Below the pieces are notes generated by a model. That model had not been told where the DNA came from. It did no database searches and saw nothing but the letters and a program-made list of their open reading frames with translations. A stretch of DNA of 64,000 nt, from assembly GCA_002366595.1 (NCBI GenBank), contig DFBK01000011.1, positions 13,540 through 77,539 of the forward strand, read 5' to 3'. Made by a program: the position numbers and the translations under genes. Positions 29,231-38,377 of the stretch are shown piece after piece. Each line of letters opens with the position of its first letter. Position 1 is the first letter of the stretch. Origin of the DNA: Anaerolineales bacterium UBA3082 (GTDB taxonomy: Bacteria > Chloroflexota > Anaerolineae > UBA7937).

Positions 29231-30040
29231 TTAGAGTTGCTCTGCGAAGACCCTGCTATAGCGAACAAATACCAGATAGCCTAAAGCGAGGAAGGCCAAT
29301 GCGGTTACCACGGTTCTAGCGAGGAAGTCGAAAGCGGGAGGCGCTCCGTGGTAGAGTATCACTCTATAAGAAGCGATAAGGGAGGCCATAGGGTTCAAGA
29401 TATAGGCCAGGCGCTGAATATCCAGAGCCACTCCAAATATAGTCCGGTAGTGAGGCAATATCGTGATGGGGTAAAACACCGGGGTTAGGAAGAACCATGC
29501 CAGCATGGCCACGTCCATTATCGCCGCCGTATCCCGATAGAAGACATTGAGTGTGGAGAGAAAGAAGGCTACACCGAGGGTGAGGATTACCTGGATCAGA
29601 ATTATCATCGGCAGAAGCAAAGCCCATACGGTTAGGGGCGTCCTGAAGACGAACATCATACCGAAGAGAACGGCCAGAGCCAGTAGGAAGTTGACCAAGT
29701 TGGCCAGCACGGTGGAGAGAGGGAGCACCTCCCGAGGAAAGTATACTTTCTTTATCAAATGGGCATTGCCAACAACGCTATAGACGGATGTCATCACGCT
29801 GCTGGAGAAGAAGTTCCAAGGCAGAAGGGCGCAGAGGACGAAGACTGGAAAGCGATCGATAGTGTTGTTGGGCAACATGATGGTAAAGACGATGGTAAAG
29901 ATGACCATCATCATTAGGGGGTTCAGGAGGGACCAGAGAAAGCCCAAGAGCGAGTTCTTGTAACGTACCTTAAGGTCCCGGGCAGCGAGATTCCTAACCA
30001 ACTCGCGATAGGTGACCACTTCTCTCAACCTAGCAACCAC
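29231..30040 (-). CDS. wzm: ABC-2 type transporter permease (Wzm/TagG family)
   Basis: Starts with the typical 'ELVRNLAARDLKVRYKNSLLGFLWSLLNPLMMMVIF' and has six predicted TM helices. Its size (269 aa) is typical of polysaccharide ABC-2 permeases. Confidence 0.85.
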   Translation of the reverse strand: MVARLREVVTYRELVRNLAARDLKVRYKNSLLGFLWSLLNPLMMMVIFTIVFTIMLPNNTIDRFPVFVLCALLPWNFFSSSVMTSVYSVVGNAHLIKKVYFPREVLPLSTVLANLVNFLLALAVLFGMMFVFRTPLTVWALLLPMIILIQVILTLGVAFFLSTLNVFYRDTAAIMDVAMLAWFFLTPVFYPITILPHYRTIFGVALDIQRLAYILNPMASLIASYRVILYHGAPPAFDFLARTVVTALAFLALGYLVFVRYSRVFAEQL

Positions 30041-30223
30041 CGCGGTCTTTCTCCCCCTTGTTCAAAAAGCCACCGTTGGCCACAGAGATCAAGTGGAGAT
30101 GCTAGCACAACCTCCCTTCCCTGGCAACTTCCCGTGGCCCTTGCAGAGGGAAGGGAACGGAGGCAGTAAGGGAAACTCAGACCGAGCCAAGAGGGGATAG
30201 ATACCAAGTCGCCGAAGCGAAGG

Positions 30224-31432
30224 CTACGATCTTAGGCAGGCATTGTAGATCTCAACGATCTCTTTTCCCGCCTTCTCCCACGAATAGCGTTCAACAGCCC
30301 TCTTGCGCAATCGACGCCCCAACCCTAGGGCCCGTTCTTCGTCGTTGAGCAGGGAGTTTATGGCCCCGGCCAAAGCCACGGGATTCCCCGACTCGGCGTA
30401 AACACCCCCATCCCCCAGGTACTCACGGCTCACCGGTGTGTCGAAAGCCACCGTAGGAAGAGCCATGGCCATATAGTTCAGAAGTTTCCCGCACCCCTCG
30501 GTGGCTGATATCTTGGGGGCCACCGCCACATCACCCAAAGCCAGGTAGCGCGGTGCCTCCCAATAGGGTATTCTCCCCGTGAAGATCACTCGATCCTCGA
30601 TACCCAGATGTTGGGCTCTCATTTGATAATGCTCTACGTTGGGGAAGCCCATGATGAGGAAATGTGTGTCTGGGAGGTTCTCACGGAGTCGCGCTATACC
30701 CTCTAGAAGTAGCCCGATCCCTTGCCACTCGGTCAAAAGCCCTAGATATACTACTACTCTATGGCCAGCAGGAATTCCCCAACGAGACCTCAATAGGGCT
30801 TTACCCCCTTCTTCGTTGGGGGGGCGGAAAAATTCGGCGTTAACGCAATCGGGGATGATATGGATCCGCCGACTGTCACAGTCAAATTCATTGCAGAGGA
30901 TGTTCATAGCGTGGCGTGAACTGGTGATGATCGCTCTGGGCAGGCGATCGATGATTTGCTCCAACTGCCGCATAGGGCGATAAAAGAGGCCATCGGGTTT
31001 TAGGAAACCGTGGTCGATCATCTCACTGGTCATGCTGCCCTGAAGGTCGAAGACTAAAGGGATGCGCAGGAGGAGGCTCATAGGATAGCCGATCAGAGCA
31101 CCTTCATGGATATGGGCGTGTATGATTTCTGGCCTCTTGCGCAAGGCCACAGATAGCGATTTGATAAATAAAAGGAGGTCGAAAGCGATCTTGTGGCGAG
31201 AGGAACCCACCTCATACTCCTGTCGCCAAGGGATGCTCAATGTGCGCTCGATATCTAACCCTTCCACATCTTGACCGTTGTGATAGGTGCAGATGGTGAC
31301 CTCATGTCCCATTTTCTGGAGGATGGAAGCCTCCTCTAAGATGCGAACATGGCCCCCATAGTCGGCGAAAAAGGAGGTGGGGGCGATCATCAACACTTTG
31401 AATCTCTTCACCTGGTGGCTGCCAGCATCCAA
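30224..31432 (-). CDS. Glycosyltransferase family 4
   Basis: 'FKVLMIAPTSFFADYGGHVRILEEASILQKMGHEVTICT' is a GT4 N-domain. The C-terminal region has 'VVYLGLLTEWQGIGLLLEG...' and 'ISATEGCGKLLNYMAMALPTVAFDTPVSREYLGDGGVY'. Confidence 0.85.
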   Translation of the reverse strand: MDAGSHQVKRFKVLMIAPTSFFADYGGHVRILEEASILQKMGHEVTICTYHNGQDVEGLDIERTLSIPWRQEYEVGSSRHKIAFDLLLFIKSLSVALRKRPEIIHAHIHEGALIGYPMSLLLRIPLVFDLQGSMTSEMIDHGFLKPDGLFYRPMRQLEQIIDRLPRAIITSSRHAMNILCNEFDCDSRRIHIIPDCVNAEFFRPPNEEGGKALLRSRWGIPAGHRVVVYLGLLTEWQGIGLLLEGIARLRENLPDTHFLIMGFPNVEHYQMRAQHLGIEDRVIFTGRIPYWEAPRYLALGDVAVAPKISATEGCGKLLNYMAMALPTVAFDTPVSREYLGDGGVYAESGNPVALAGAINSLLNDEERALGLGRRLRKRAVERYSWEKAGKEIVEIYNACLRS

Positions 31433-31582
31433 ATGCGAATTCTCCGAAAGGCAGCTTTTGCCTGGAAATCGAAAGCGTGACCTTGCTTCGCCTTCCGCCG
31501 TTATGCGTATTGATTTGTGAGGACGCCTGAAGAGGGAACCATCCCTCGACTCCTATTATACCACAGATTCTGCCTCCGCTTG

Positions 31583-31853
31583 CTATGTCAGGCGAGGATC
31601 CCATAGAAAAGGGGTGATATTCTGGGTTTGCGGTTGGTAGAGGCGTCTACCAGACTTGGTTGGTGGGCCATGCTTCGGATGCTTGCTTCTCCGGCCCCCG
31701 GCCTGGCAAGTACCGGGGCAGGTGGGACAGGCTGTCATCCACCACCAGGATTCCGTATTTTTCCCAGGCAGGGATTGATCGGCCAAGGCCCTCAAGCAGT
31801 GGGCCAGTGTCGATGCGGCGTCGTAGGCCGGGATCACTACCTAGGCAATTCAT
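31583..31853 (-). pseudogene. Remnant of a GT2 (polyprenyl-phosphate glycosyltransferase-like) gene, frameshifted and truncated
   Basis: One frame reads '(V/M)IPAYDAASTLAHCLRALADQSLP', the GT2 N-terminal consensus. The following GT2 segment 'WEKYGILVVDDSLSH' is in a different frame (ORF 31647-31853), and no GT2 body follows. The GTG start overlaps the stop of the upstream flippase-like gene (GTGA at 31837), so the pair was originally translationally coupled. Confidence 0.65.
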
Positions 31854-32883
31854 CCGCCTTTTGCCATCTCACCTCCTCGGTTGGCTTGCCATGGGCCTCC
31901 GGCCCCGCTAATCGAAAGAGCTGATAGCCGGCCTTCCAGGTGAAGAGCCCACCCAGCACCATCATGGGCAGGTAGACTATTAGGTGAAGCACTACCGTAT
32001 AGGCCAAGGCTGTCCCGCTCTCTATCCCGATAGTCGTGAGGGTGAGATAGCCAAGGTAGTGGAATACCCCCACCCGTCCTGGCGAGGTGGGTATCGCCAC
32101 TCCTACCTGGAGAACCACTAGGAGGAGCAGGGAACTCCACCAGGGTGCAACGATCCCCATACTGGAGAGAACCAACCAGTTAGTAGAGGCAGCCACAGCC
32201 CAGATCCCTGCTGACAACCCCAGTGACCAAACGACCACCCTCCAAGAGCCCAAAGAATCCACCCCTTCCAAAGCCACCATCACCTTCTGAAGAAGGCTTT
32301 TGACCAAAGAGTAGGGGGTCAACGCGCTCAGTCTATGCAAGCAGCTTGTTACCCATTCACGATTTCGGGCGGTGAGGAGAAGAGCGACGGAGAGGGCAAG
32401 CAAAATGGCAGCCGCTGCCAGTTCCCAACGACTCAGCCAAGATGGGAGAGAGATCACTGCCAAGAGCAAGGCGACCGAAATAAGGAGCATGATGGCCTCT
32501 AGGGTCTTCTCCACGACGATAGTCACCAGAGCCGAGGCCTTGCTGCGCTCTTCCAACTCACCCACCAGGTAGGCTCTAGCTAACTCCCCAACCCTCACCG
32601 GCAAAGCTGCATTGAGTGCCATTCCCACCAGCAAAATGCGAAAGAGTTGCCAACAACCAAGATCCCCCTGTCGTGGGTAAAAGAGCCACTTCCAGCGGTA
32701 AGCCTTCCCGGCGAGAGTGAGCAGGACCGAAAGAAAAGCCAAAAGCAACCAACCCGGCTGCACACTGGCAGCCGCCTGAGCTACTTGTTTCATATCAACA
32801 TCGCGAAGGGCGATTAAGAGCAAGAGCGCACCCAAAAGCGATCCCAAGGCTAGGCGGATGCCCATCGAGACTCTCTGGCCCAT
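31837..32883 (-). CDS. Flippase-like polytopic membrane protein (LPG-synthase-TM / UPF0104 family-like)
   Basis: 348 aa with ~8 TM helices. The N-terminus 'LALGSLLGALLLLIALRDVDMKQVAQAAASVQPGWLLLAFLSVLLTLAGKAYRWKWLF' is typical of this family, which is frequently paired with GT2 genes. Confidence 0.65.
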   Translation of the reverse strand: MGQRVSMGIRLALGSLLGALLLLIALRDVDMKQVAQAAASVQPGWLLLAFLSVLLTLAGKAYRWKWLFYPRQGDLGCWQLFRILLVGMALNAALPVRVGELARAYLVGELEERSKASALVTIVVEKTLEAIMLLISVALLLAVISLPSWLSRWELAAAAILLALSVALLLTARNREWVTSCLHRLSALTPYSLVKSLLQKVMVALEGVDSLGSWRVVVWSLGLSAGIWAVAASTNWLVLSSMGIVAPWWSSLLLLVVLQVGVAIPTSPGRVGVFHYLGYLTLTTIGIESGTALAYTVVLHLIVYLPMMVLGGLFTWKAGYQLFRLAGPEAHGKPTEEVRWQKADELPR

Positions 32884-32884
32884 A

Positions 32885-34237
32885 TCACTCGCCTCCCGTA
32901 TCCCGGGCGGGGGTTGGCGATGGAGCCGACCTCGCCTGAAGGTTATAGAGGGCGGCCATCAGGCCCAGCATAATCCAGAGAATAAAGCCTGGTGGGGCAC
33001 CGAGCTTTATGGCATCGGTGAGTCCATAAACCTGATGGGCGAGCATCCCTGAGAAAAGTCCCACGGTCAGTAGACGAATAGAACGACTCTGGCTGCCCCG
33101 GTAGACCCGCCAAGCGCAGACGCAGAAAGTGGTGAGCAGGGCTAGGTAGGCTACGAGGCCGGGGATGCCCAGATCTACCGCTACTTGCAAGAAATTGTTG
33201 TGGGCGTGAGGCACCTTGGCGTTGGGGCCGGATAGGAAATATGGATACAGGGCATCACCCACATAAGGGAACATGTTCAGACCGATCCCGGTGTAGGGAA
33301 AGTCCTGGATCATGTATAGGGCTCGCTGCCAGACCTCAAACCTGCCCACGGCGGTGCCTGTCACGTCCAGCATCAGCATCGAGTCGAGAAAACTCTCCGC
33401 ACCAACCGACCAGGCTCGAGCCAAAGCGCTCACCGCCAGCGAGGGCACTGAGAGCAGAAACCAGCGGTTGCGGGAGATAGCCAACACGATCAGGCCGCTG
33501 GCCACCCCTATGTAGGCACTTCTGGACTGAGTCAGGATCAACACCCCAGCCGTGAGAATGAGGGAGAGGGTCGCCAGGAGCGAGGAGGTCTTGCGAGACA
33601 AGAGCAGCCTCGCCCACGCTTTCCATCCCCCACGCTTCACGGCAGGGGTAGTCACCAGAGCGATCCCGGGATTGGAACCCCAAACTGCCAGGCAGGTAGC
33701 CAAGGAGAGGGGCAGCACCAGGGCTAAAGCGCCGCCCACCTGGTTGGGGTGAAACCCACCACCGGGCGAACTGGTGATGTTGTGGATCAGCCGTGGCAAC
33801 CGCCCATATATGGGGCCGAGGGGGAGAACCTTGTGAGCGATCCAATCGGTGCCTATCAATGACAAGCAGGAGATCCCCACACCAAAGGCGATAAGCAGCG
33901 CCGCCCAGCCCCAGACCCCTCTGGCGCTCTCGGCACTATTCACTACGCCGTAGAAGAAGGCCACCCCCAAGACAATGCCTAGTAACTTGGGCAGGCTCAC
34001 TTCTGGCAGGGCTGAGGCCCAAAGGCTAACCGGGAGCATCAGCAGCAGGCAAAGGATGGGAATATCCATGGGGGTGCGGACCGTGGGACGGCCGATCGCT
34101 CTCCAACGGGCCAGCCAAGGGAGGAGGAGGATGAGCAAAGCCGGCACGCTGAGAGTCGAGGGGAACAAGAGGAATGGCGCCGCCACTAGGAGACACGCTA
34201 TCTCTAGTTCATTCAGTCGCTGAGCGATCACTCTCAC
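32885..34237 (-). CDS. O-antigen ligase / Wzy_C-domain membrane protein (polymerase, ligase or O-oligosaccharyltransferase-like)
   Basis: ~12 TM helices. A periplasmic loop carries the Wzy_C signature 'HAHNNFLQVAVDLGIPGLVAYLALL' (H-x-H-N-x-[FY]-L...G-x-x-G). Confidence 0.75.
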   Translation of the reverse strand: MRVIAQRLNELEIACLLVAAPFLLFPSTLSVPALLILLLPWLARWRAIGRPTVRTPMDIPILCLLLMLPVSLWASALPEVSLPKLLGIVLGVAFFYGVVNSAESARGVWGWAALLIAFGVGISCLSLIGTDWIAHKVLPLGPIYGRLPRLIHNITSSPGGGFHPNQVGGALALVLPLSLATCLAVWGSNPGIALVTTPAVKRGGWKAWARLLLSRKTSSLLATLSLILTAGVLILTQSRSAYIGVASGLIVLAISRNRWFLLSVPSLAVSALARAWSVGAESFLDSMLMLDVTGTAVGRFEVWQRALYMIQDFPYTGIGLNMFPYVGDALYPYFLSGPNAKVPHAHNNFLQVAVDLGIPGLVAYLALLTTFCVCAWRVYRGSQSRSIRLLTVGLFSGMLAHQVYGLTDAIKLGAPPGFILWIMLGLMAALYNLQARSAPSPTPARDTGGE

Positions 34238-34289
34238 GATCGTCTCCTAGATGGCTCCGATCTCTGCGTGCTGTCTCAGCTTCGTCGCC

Positions 34290-36293
34290 TCAACTTCCTC
34301 TGTAGTAGTAAAACGAGACCTTGCTGGGGCTCACTTTGTTGAGAACGACACCTAAGATGTTGCTGCCAACTGTAGCCAACCTCTCACCGGCAATGCGTGT
34401 GGCTTCTCGTTGGGTTCTGCCCGCTTCGACTGTCAGCAAGACTCCGTCCACATGCTTGCCCAGAACATCCGCATCAGTCACAGCCAGGATCGCTGGGCTG
34501 TCGAAAAGGACAAGGTCGGCTTTGCTTTTGAGTTCCTCGACCAACGTTTCAATACGAGCCGATTGCAGCAACTCCGACGGGTTGGGAGGCAGAGGCCCGC
34601 TAGTGATGAGCCTGAGGTTCTTGACTTCTGTCTCTCGGAGATACCGGTCTAGATCCGGGTGGTCTTCTAGCAGGAAGTCGCTCAGTCCCTTGTCATTGGG
34701 CAGACCGAAGAGGGTGTGCAGGACGGGGCGTCTGAGGTCCGAGTCCACGAGAATGACTGAACTATTCCCTTGTGCCAGAACTACGGCAAGGTTAGCCGCG
34801 ATGGTGCTTTTCCCTTCCATGGCCGTGGGACTTGCTATCAGAAAAGTGCTCGGCGTGTCCTCAATGGCGGCTTCAAGTCGGGTGCGCAACATGCGGAAAC
34901 TTTCGGCAGCAGGGGAAAGGGGATCCCTGAGAGCGACGGGTTGAGTTTCGCTCTTTGCTTCGAAGGTCACAATTGAACCCAGTGTCGGCAGTCCAACCGC
35001 TTGAGTTACATCCTCCGCAGTGGTGATTGATTGGTCAAGGTACTCGAGGGTGAAGACCGCACCCATGGCCAACATGGCACCCACAACCGAGCCCAGGAGG
35101 GTGTTGAGCCTCTTGCGAGGGCGGATGGGGCTTTCGGGCTCCGTAGCAGCCACTGCGAAGCGAACCAGAGTCTCCTCTGTTTGGCCGGCCATCTGCACCT
35201 CTGCCACCTTCCGTGCTATCATCTGGTAGGTCTCCCAGCCCAGATCCCTAGCGCTGGTGAGGTCGCGTTCCCTAGCGCGCTCCTGCTCCAGTTGCTCCTG
35301 CAATTGAAGGATCTCCTGCTGGAGAGAGCCTTCATCGATAAGTGCTAGGACTTGTTCCAGCCTAATTTCCAGATTCGCGATGAGTGTATCAAGTTCGGAA
35401 AGCTGCTGGGCTGGGTCCTCTGTGATCTCGGTCTGCTGATCCAGCAAGACTTGAAGCTCAACCTGCTGACCGGGCGAAACTTGAGGCGCAACGAGTAGGC
35501 CAGAGGACAGCGTCGAGGCTCTTGCTCTTAAGAGCAGGAGTGCTAGACTATTCCTCCCCGTGGTGGAAGAGGGGACACCTTCCCCCAAGCTCTCTCGAAG
35601 GGTCTTGGCGTCAGCGAGCAGGCGGTCCAAGGCCCGTTGAGCCGCGTAGTAGTCGTCCAGGGTAGCCTCCTTGGCACTTATTTCGTTGGTCAGAGTGGCG
35701 ATCTGGTTGTTCCCCAGGAACTCAGTTAGGGCTGCCTCTGCCTCTTGGTAGTCGCCTAGTGCCTCGTCTACCTGAATCTGAAGGCCAGCAGGTGACTGGG
35801 TAGTTCCAACATATAGGCTGTTGACATAGCCTTCATAGGCATGCGCCCAGGCATTGGCAATAGTTGTGGCCTTCTCTGGGGAGTCCGCTTCGACCAGGAT
35901 CCTGATTAGGTCCCCGTCCAGTTTTGCCTCTACCATCCCGAGAAGCATCCCTGCTTCACCCTCCTCAGGCTCTAAGATGGAGCCGATCTCCCCGATTACC
36001 TGCGAGCCTATGGTGCTGTTGGTAACTAGGGCGGTGAGGGCCTTCCGGCGTTCCTGCATGTTTATGATTGGCGCTACATCTTCTTCAGTCAAGGTCCTGT
36101 ACCGGGGCTCAAGGACGATCTCCGATCCTGACCTGACGATCAGCACCCCCGCCTCAGCCTGGTATATGGGGGGCGTCAGGAAGCTGACAACAAGGGCTGT
36201 CGCGCCAGCCAGAAAGGTACCCAGCACGATCAGCCATAACCACCTGCGGATTACAGCCAAATACTGCCTTAGTTCTATACCCTCATATTCCAT
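34290..36293 (-). CDS. wzc: Polysaccharide co-polymerase / tyrosine autokinase (Wzc/EpsB-like, PCP2b)
   Basis: N-terminal Wzz-like region with a TM ('LWLIVLGTFLAGATALVVSFL'), a long coiled-coil periplasmic segment and a second TM. The C-terminal P-loop domain has Walker A 'SPTAMEGKSTIAANLAVVLA', Walker B-like 'VILVDSDLRRP' and the C-terminal Tyr cluster 'SFYYYRGS'. Confidence 0.85.
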   Translation of the reverse strand: MEYEGIELRQYLAVIRRWLWLIVLGTFLAGATALVVSFLTPPIYQAEAGVLIVRSGSEIVLEPRYRTLTEEDVAPIINMQERRKALTALVTNSTIGSQVIGEIGSILEPEEGEAGMLLGMVEAKLDGDLIRILVEADSPEKATTIANAWAHAYEGYVNSLYVGTTQSPAGLQIQVDEALGDYQEAEAALTEFLGNNQIATLTNEISAKEATLDDYYAAQRALDRLLADAKTLRESLGEGVPSSTTGRNSLALLLLRARASTLSSGLLVAPQVSPGQQVELQVLLDQQTEITEDPAQQLSELDTLIANLEIRLEQVLALIDEGSLQQEILQLQEQLEQERARERDLTSARDLGWETYQMIARKVAEVQMAGQTEETLVRFAVAATEPESPIRPRKRLNTLLGSVVGAMLAMGAVFTLEYLDQSITTAEDVTQAVGLPTLGSIVTFEAKSETQPVALRDPLSPAAESFRMLRTRLEAAIEDTPSTFLIASPTAMEGKSTIAANLAVVLAQGNSSVILVDSDLRRPVLHTLFGLPNDKGLSDFLLEDHPDLDRYLRETEVKNLRLITSGPLPPNPSELLQSARIETLVEELKSKADLVLFDSPAILAVTDADVLGKHVDGVLLTVEAGRTQREATRIAGERLATVGSNILGVVLNKVSPSKVSFYYYRGS

Positions 36294-36314
36294 TTTTCCT
36301 CCAATAACGCCTGC

Positions 36315-36590
36315 TTATTCTATTTTTTCTGCTTGGTTAGTGGCCGATCTTTCTTCCTGCGGTATGGTTCTTAGTCTCACTGACAGGCCTGCCAACTCGG
36401 CCGCCCATTGCTTAATCGATTCTAGGTTTTTTGGGTTCGGTTTGGCCTCGTATTCGCGGGTGAGTTCTGCCAACACCTCGGCGATCCTCCTGATCCTCCT
36501 CAGGAGTTCCAGGTCAGCGTTGGTCAAGATAGAACTGGTCATTTGCACCTTAACTACCTCCTTCGGTGCTCCCGTCTTCGTGGTATTCAA
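36315..36590 (-). CDS. Hypothetical small helical protein (91 aa)
   Basis: ORF immediately upstream of wzc in the same orientation. Predicted all-helical ('ADLELLRRIRRIAEVLAELTREYEAK'). No recognisable motif. Confidence 0.4.
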   Translation of the reverse strand: MNTTKTGAPKEVVKVQMTSSILTNADLELLRRIRRIAEVLAELTREYEAKPNPKNLESIKQWAAELAGLSVRLRTIPQEERSATNQAEKIE

Positions 36591-36848
36591 CGGATACGCT
36601 TTCTGGTCAGAAGCTGCAACAGGCGATGCCTTCTACGATGACCGATATAGGTATGCCACCCATGGTTAGGTAACATCTGGAGCAGCCCCGCCCCTGGGCC
36701 ACGCTCGCAAGTGGGCTCCCTGGGGGAGCGATCCTCGGTGTCAAGGTTCTCGCTATGAAAGCCCTCTTTGTCCAGCGACTCCTGCTGCTTCACTACGACT
36801 ATCACCTTTCCTGGAGATCAAGACATAACGCCTTGCTACAGGGCTCTC

Positions 36849-38024
36849 TCATCTTGATGCCTTCCTGTTGAGCAAGGAGTTGGCGACGAGGAGCAGAAGC
36901 CGCGGTTGGGTTAGAGCGAGTTTAAAGAAGGCGTTCTTGAACACGTCTCTATTGTGGGTGGCCAGAAGATTCCTGGTTCTCGTGTTCAGCAACTCCAACA
37001 ATCGGTCGTAATCGCGGTCACCGAACCTATTCAAAACGGCCCGCATCAGAGAGTGAAGGTCGAGTTCCGCCTTCAGACCTCGAACCGTCCTTCGGTAAGG
37101 TGCTTGTCCCACTATGGCCCTGACCGCTGCCCTGGCGCCTCTTAAGCCAGCAACGACTCCTCCCACCGTCGTGGCCTTGACTTGTCCTCCAGCGTCCCCG
37201 ATGAGGAGGATCCTGGAATTCGAGATGGCGCGTGATGGTTTCAGTAGAGGATCGTGTAGAGGGACCTGAGCGGCTTGAAACTCGAGGGTTTCACACCCTT
37301 GTGAAGATAGAAAGCCCTCCAGATTATCCCTAACCCCCTTACCGTTCCTGGAGATCAGGCCTATGACTGCTCTGGCCTCTGATTCCGGGATAAGCCAGTA
37401 GAAGAACTCGGTTCGCTCTCTATCAAACCATACCTTTACGGAATCTGCTGAGGCTTGGTTGGGCAATACCACCTTCGCTTGAGCGATGGTTACCGTCTCC
37501 CTGGAGTCTCTTGAGGCAGCCTTGGCCACATTGCTAAGGACGCCGTCAGCCCCTATGAGCACGTTGGTGGTGATGGTGTACTGTCTGCCCTGGACAACGT
37601 TCTCCAAGGAAAGGAGTAACTTGTTCCCTTCGTCCTCAAAACCCAAGAAACGGAAGCCTGGGTATATTTTGGCGCCTTCCTCGGCGGCTTTCCTAGCCAA
37701 CAACTCGATGAGTCTCTGCCTTTCAATTACTAGGTCGGGCTCTTGTAGTGCCACCCAGGAGTGTCGGTGGGCAGAAATCAGCTCCATTCTATTGACCTTG
37801 TTTAAGATAGCCTCAGGCGGGACGAAGCCTAGAACTTCACTCAACTTGCTGGTGACGATCAGTGTCCTAGGAGGCTGGCCTAGACCTTCGTGCACATCAT
37901 ATAGTTGAACCGGGATGCGCTCTTTGGCCAGAAGATAGGCTGCAAATAAACCCGCGGTAGAAGCACCGACGATGACAACGTTATTTTGGTCCATTGGAAC
38001 TCTCATACCCTTCGCTGGTGACAT
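36849..38024 (-). CDS. FAD-dependent oxidoreductase, geranylgeranyl reductase (GGR/ChlP) family
   Basis: N-terminal FAD dinucleotide-binding 'NVVIVGASTAGLFAAYLLAK...QLYD', plus the GGR-family C-terminal motif 'ILLIGDAGGQVKATTVGGVVAGL' (GDAAG-x(n)-TGGG-like). Confidence 0.75.
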   Translation of the reverse strand: MSPAKGMRVPMDQNNVVIVGASTAGLFAAYLLAKERIPVQLYDVHEGLGQPPRTLIVTSKLSEVLGFVPPEAILNKVNRMELISAHRHSWVALQEPDLVIERQRLIELLARKAAEEGAKIYPGFRFLGFEDEGNKLLLSLENVVQGRQYTITTNVLIGADGVLSNVAKAASRDSRETVTIAQAKVVLPNQASADSVKVWFDRERTEFFYWLIPESEARAVIGLISRNGKGVRDNLEGFLSSQGCETLEFQAAQVPLHDPLLKPSRAISNSRILLIGDAGGQVKATTVGGVVAGLRGARAAVRAIVGQAPYRRTVRGLKAELDLHSLMRAVLNRFGDRDYDRLLELLNTRTRNLLATHNRDVFKNAFFKLALTQPRLLLLVANSLLNRKASR

Positions 38025-38086
38025 CTGAAATCGGTATCTGCTTCAAATAGCCATTCGACCATACCAGAGATGTTACTATCCCCAGG

Positions 38087-38377
38087 CTAGACCTGTCTCT
38101 TCTTCTCGCCCGCTTGTTCAGTGCCTTCTTGGCGCGGGGAAGAGAAGCCCGCCAGGCTACTGAGGGCCATGGCTATGCCGCCCGCAACACAGATAGCCAG
38201 AGCGAGGTAGGGCCTAGTTCCCACGAAGGCGATGGCGAGCAAGGAAAATAGAATCCATAAAGAAAGGGGCTCCAAAATCGTGATTAGAGATTTCATCGCC
38301 CTTCCATAGCAAGACTGGGTATCAAGCCTTCTGGGCCGAAAGTTCTTCTTCCACAAGTATGCCCTTGCGGAAGTCAA
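38087..38377 (-). CDS. Hypothetical small membrane protein (96 aa)
   Basis: Two hydrophobic helices ('LSLWILFSLLAIAFV', 'LALAICVAGGIAMALSSLAGF'). It overlaps the transaldolase 3' end by ~56 bp, so its coding status is uncertain. Confidence 0.3.
   Translation of the reverse strand: MTSARAYLWKKNFRPRRLDTQSCYGRAMKSLITILEPLSLWILFSLLAIAFVGTRPYLALAICVAGGIAMALSSLAGFSSPRQEGTEQAGEKKRQV

Noticed and set aside
28905-29319. Overlapping 102-aa (-) and 104-aa (+) ORFs between the TPR gene and wzm
   Set aside because: No motifs and unremarkable composition. They cannot be distinguished from a chance ORF in a ~320-bp spacer, so they were not called as features.
35854-36669. 271-aa plus-strand ORF, together with other long plus-strand ORFs at 34321-34944, 42546-43244, 44479-45249, 23880-24368, 46133-46606 and 45788-46126
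   Set aside because: All lie antisense to minus-strand genes that have strong, recognisable domain signatures (Wzc, Gfo/Idh/MocA, nucleotide-sugar dehydrogenase, GH-A, epimerase). Their translations are low-complexity and Ser/Ala/Arg/Gly-rich, as expected for the reverse strand of high-GC coding DNA, and no motifs are visible.
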